Shown in pieces: positions 62,817 to 64,000 of a DNA stretch of 64,000 nucleotides; the stretch's first letter is position 1; every line of letters starts with the position of its first letter. Both the position numbers and the translations under genes were made by a program. Below the pieces are notes generated by a model that was not told the origin of the DNA, made no database searches, and saw nothing but the letters and a program-made list of their open reading frames with translations. Origin of the DNA: Sedimentisphaerales bacterium (lineage in GTDB: Bacteria > Planctomycetota > Phycisphaerae > Sedimentisphaerales > Anaerobacaceae); the NCBI GenBank assembly GCA_016932095.1, contig JAFGDN010000026.1, forward strand, positions 4,692 through 68,691. The letters are read 5' to 3'.

Positions 62817-63638
62817 ATGGCACGGAAAATTAAATCAACCTCGAACCAGTTACTGAATTTCGCACGCGACTCATACCTCGAGCGCACCAGCCGGCCGGTG
62901 TACGCCGTCGTCTATCTGCTGCCCTTCATAATATTTTATGAGCTGGGAACAATTTTCATTAACACGGACGTCCTCAGCCAGACGCAGGTCCGAGTCGTCG
63001 CGTTTGTCTGGCTGCAGGATTTTCTCCGGTATCTCGGTTTCGGCGGCAAATTCCTCTGGATGGCGCCGGCCCTTGTCGTAGTCGTCATATTGCTGGCTTA
63101 CCAGTATGTCTCGGGCAAATCCTGGTTTATTTGTTTTACCGATATGCTGCCGATGACAATCGAGTGCGTTTTGCTGGCAATACCCCTTATCGTATTGAGC
63201 TTGTTTCTGCACTCTTCGTCCGTTACACAAAATTTTTTCGTCAGTAACACGGCTGCACAGCCGGCCCCAACGCTTCTTGCCGATATAGTTACCGGGGTCG
63301 GCGCGGGTATCTACGAGGAGCTGCTGTTTCGCCTGGTGCTGATATGCTCGCTTTTAATGCTCTTTCAGGACGTGCTTGGATTTGGTAAAAACAACTCGAT
63401 TGCCCTGGCAGTGCTCGTTTCGGCCGCACTTTTCGGCGCACATCACCATATAGATTTCCTCTCAGGCCGGCATAATCAGGCCGATTTGTTCGACTGGGCA
63501 AAGTTCATTTTCCGGATAATGGCAGGCGTTTATTTCGCCCTTTTGTTCGCTATCCGCGGCTTCGGAATAACCGCCGGGACGCACGCCTTTTACGACATTA
63601 TTGCGACCCTGCTTAACGCCCTCCTTTTTATGCGATAA
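62817..63638 (+). CDS. CPBP-family intramembrane glutamic endopeptidase (CAAX protease-like)
   Basis: Motif 1 GIYEELLFRLVL, motif 2 FGAHHH and motif 3 THAFYD in a polytopic protein. The track start is GTG 62802. Confidence 0.8.
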   Translation: MARKIKSTSNQLLNFARDSYLERTSRPVYAVVYLLPFIIFYELGTIFINTDVLSQTQVRVVAFVWLQDFLRYLGFGGKFLWMAPALVVVVILLAYQYVSGKSWFICFTDMLPMTIECVLLAIPLIVLSLFLHSSSVTQNFFVSNTAAQPAPTLLADIVTGVGAGIYEELLFRLVLICSLLMLFQDVLGFGKNNSIALAVLVSAALFGAHHHIDFLSGRHNQADLFDWAKFIFRIMAGVYFALLFAIRGFGITAGTHAFYDIIATLLNALLFMR

Positions 63639-63772
63639 AAAGTGGAAATTATTCGTCCGAATGCGAAAATTTTTTCACAAATCGCTCTTTTGTTACTCGT
63701 TGAAACTGCGTGGTTTGCAAAATAATCGTCCTATAAGTGTCTAAAACACCATTATCACTATTGAGAAATGCC

Positions 63773-63802
63773 TTGAATTTTATGCTCCCTTTTTTGTATA
63801 AT
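63773..63802 (+). promoter_or_regulatory. Sigma70-like promoter (TTGAAT-N18-TATAAT)
   Basis: TTGAAT 63773-78 and TATAAT 63797-802, about 50 nt upstream of ATG 63852. Confidence 0.4.
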
Positions 63803-63851
63803 GAGGTTGTGGAAAGTGAAATCAACAATGACAGTTAAGGCCGGATAGAAT

Positions 63852-64000
63852 ATGGAATCGCCGCAAATCAATGTAGCAATCGAGGAATTATCTTTCAGTT
63901 TGTTTCAAAGACCGTTGCACCCGGAACTCTTCAATATTTACGCCAGCAGAAAGCTCAAAACAGAGAAATACGAGGCCCTGATTTGGGTCACCGGCTGTAC
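63852..64000 (+). CDS. Hypothetical protein; N-terminal fragment running off the window
   Basis: Hand translation MESPQINVAIEELSFSLFQRPLHPELFNIYASRKLKTEKYEALIWVTGC..., open to the window end. Confidence 0.4.
   Translation, partial: MESPQINVAIEELSFSLFQRPLHPELFNIYASRKLKTEKYEALIWVTGC

Overview
The window is mostly housekeeping operons. PEP-CTERM, HAF-repeat and DGHVEF-tail proteins, many ECF sigma modules and large glycoside hydrolases suggest a PVC-superphylum bacterium (Planctomycetota/Phycisphaerae-like); this is inference only. Core blocks are: lptB-def-[R-M insert]-fmt-rsmB; tilS; hisC-tRNA(His)-hisB-ispF-cysS-ruvC-ruvA-ruvB; an alkaline phosphatase; leuA-leuC-leuD-[orphan]-leuB plus a DRG-like GTPase; a GH127-GH51 fusion; HD protein-purC; tkt; an EamA transporter; and mfd. 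The accessory, visibly A+T-richer material has four parts. (1) A type II R-M pair is wedged between def and fmt. (2) A surface-protein block holds a HAF/PEP-CTERM protein, a 1017-aa GH16-like protein and a HEAT lipoprotein. (3) Two tandem ECF sigma/anti-sigma modules are present. (4) The best candidate for an undescribed system lies at about 41.6-47.3 kb on the minus strand. It runs SAM-methyltransferase -> TMTC-like TPR O-glycosyltransferase -> four paralogous small secreted proteins of no family I recognise. These four are arranged as a duplicated two-gene unit, and a junction scar copied from the glycosyltransferase 3' end sits between the copies. Non-coding oddities are: two 130-nt dyad-symmetric GGTTGCG-heptamer elements flanking mfd; helically phased T-tracts upstream of mfd; a 35-nt A-rich repeat in the leu operon spacers; and a 77-nt three-tier palindrome that buries a start codon. 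No CRISPR array, rRNA gene or intact mobile element was seen. All family names come from motif recognition by eye; no database search was run.
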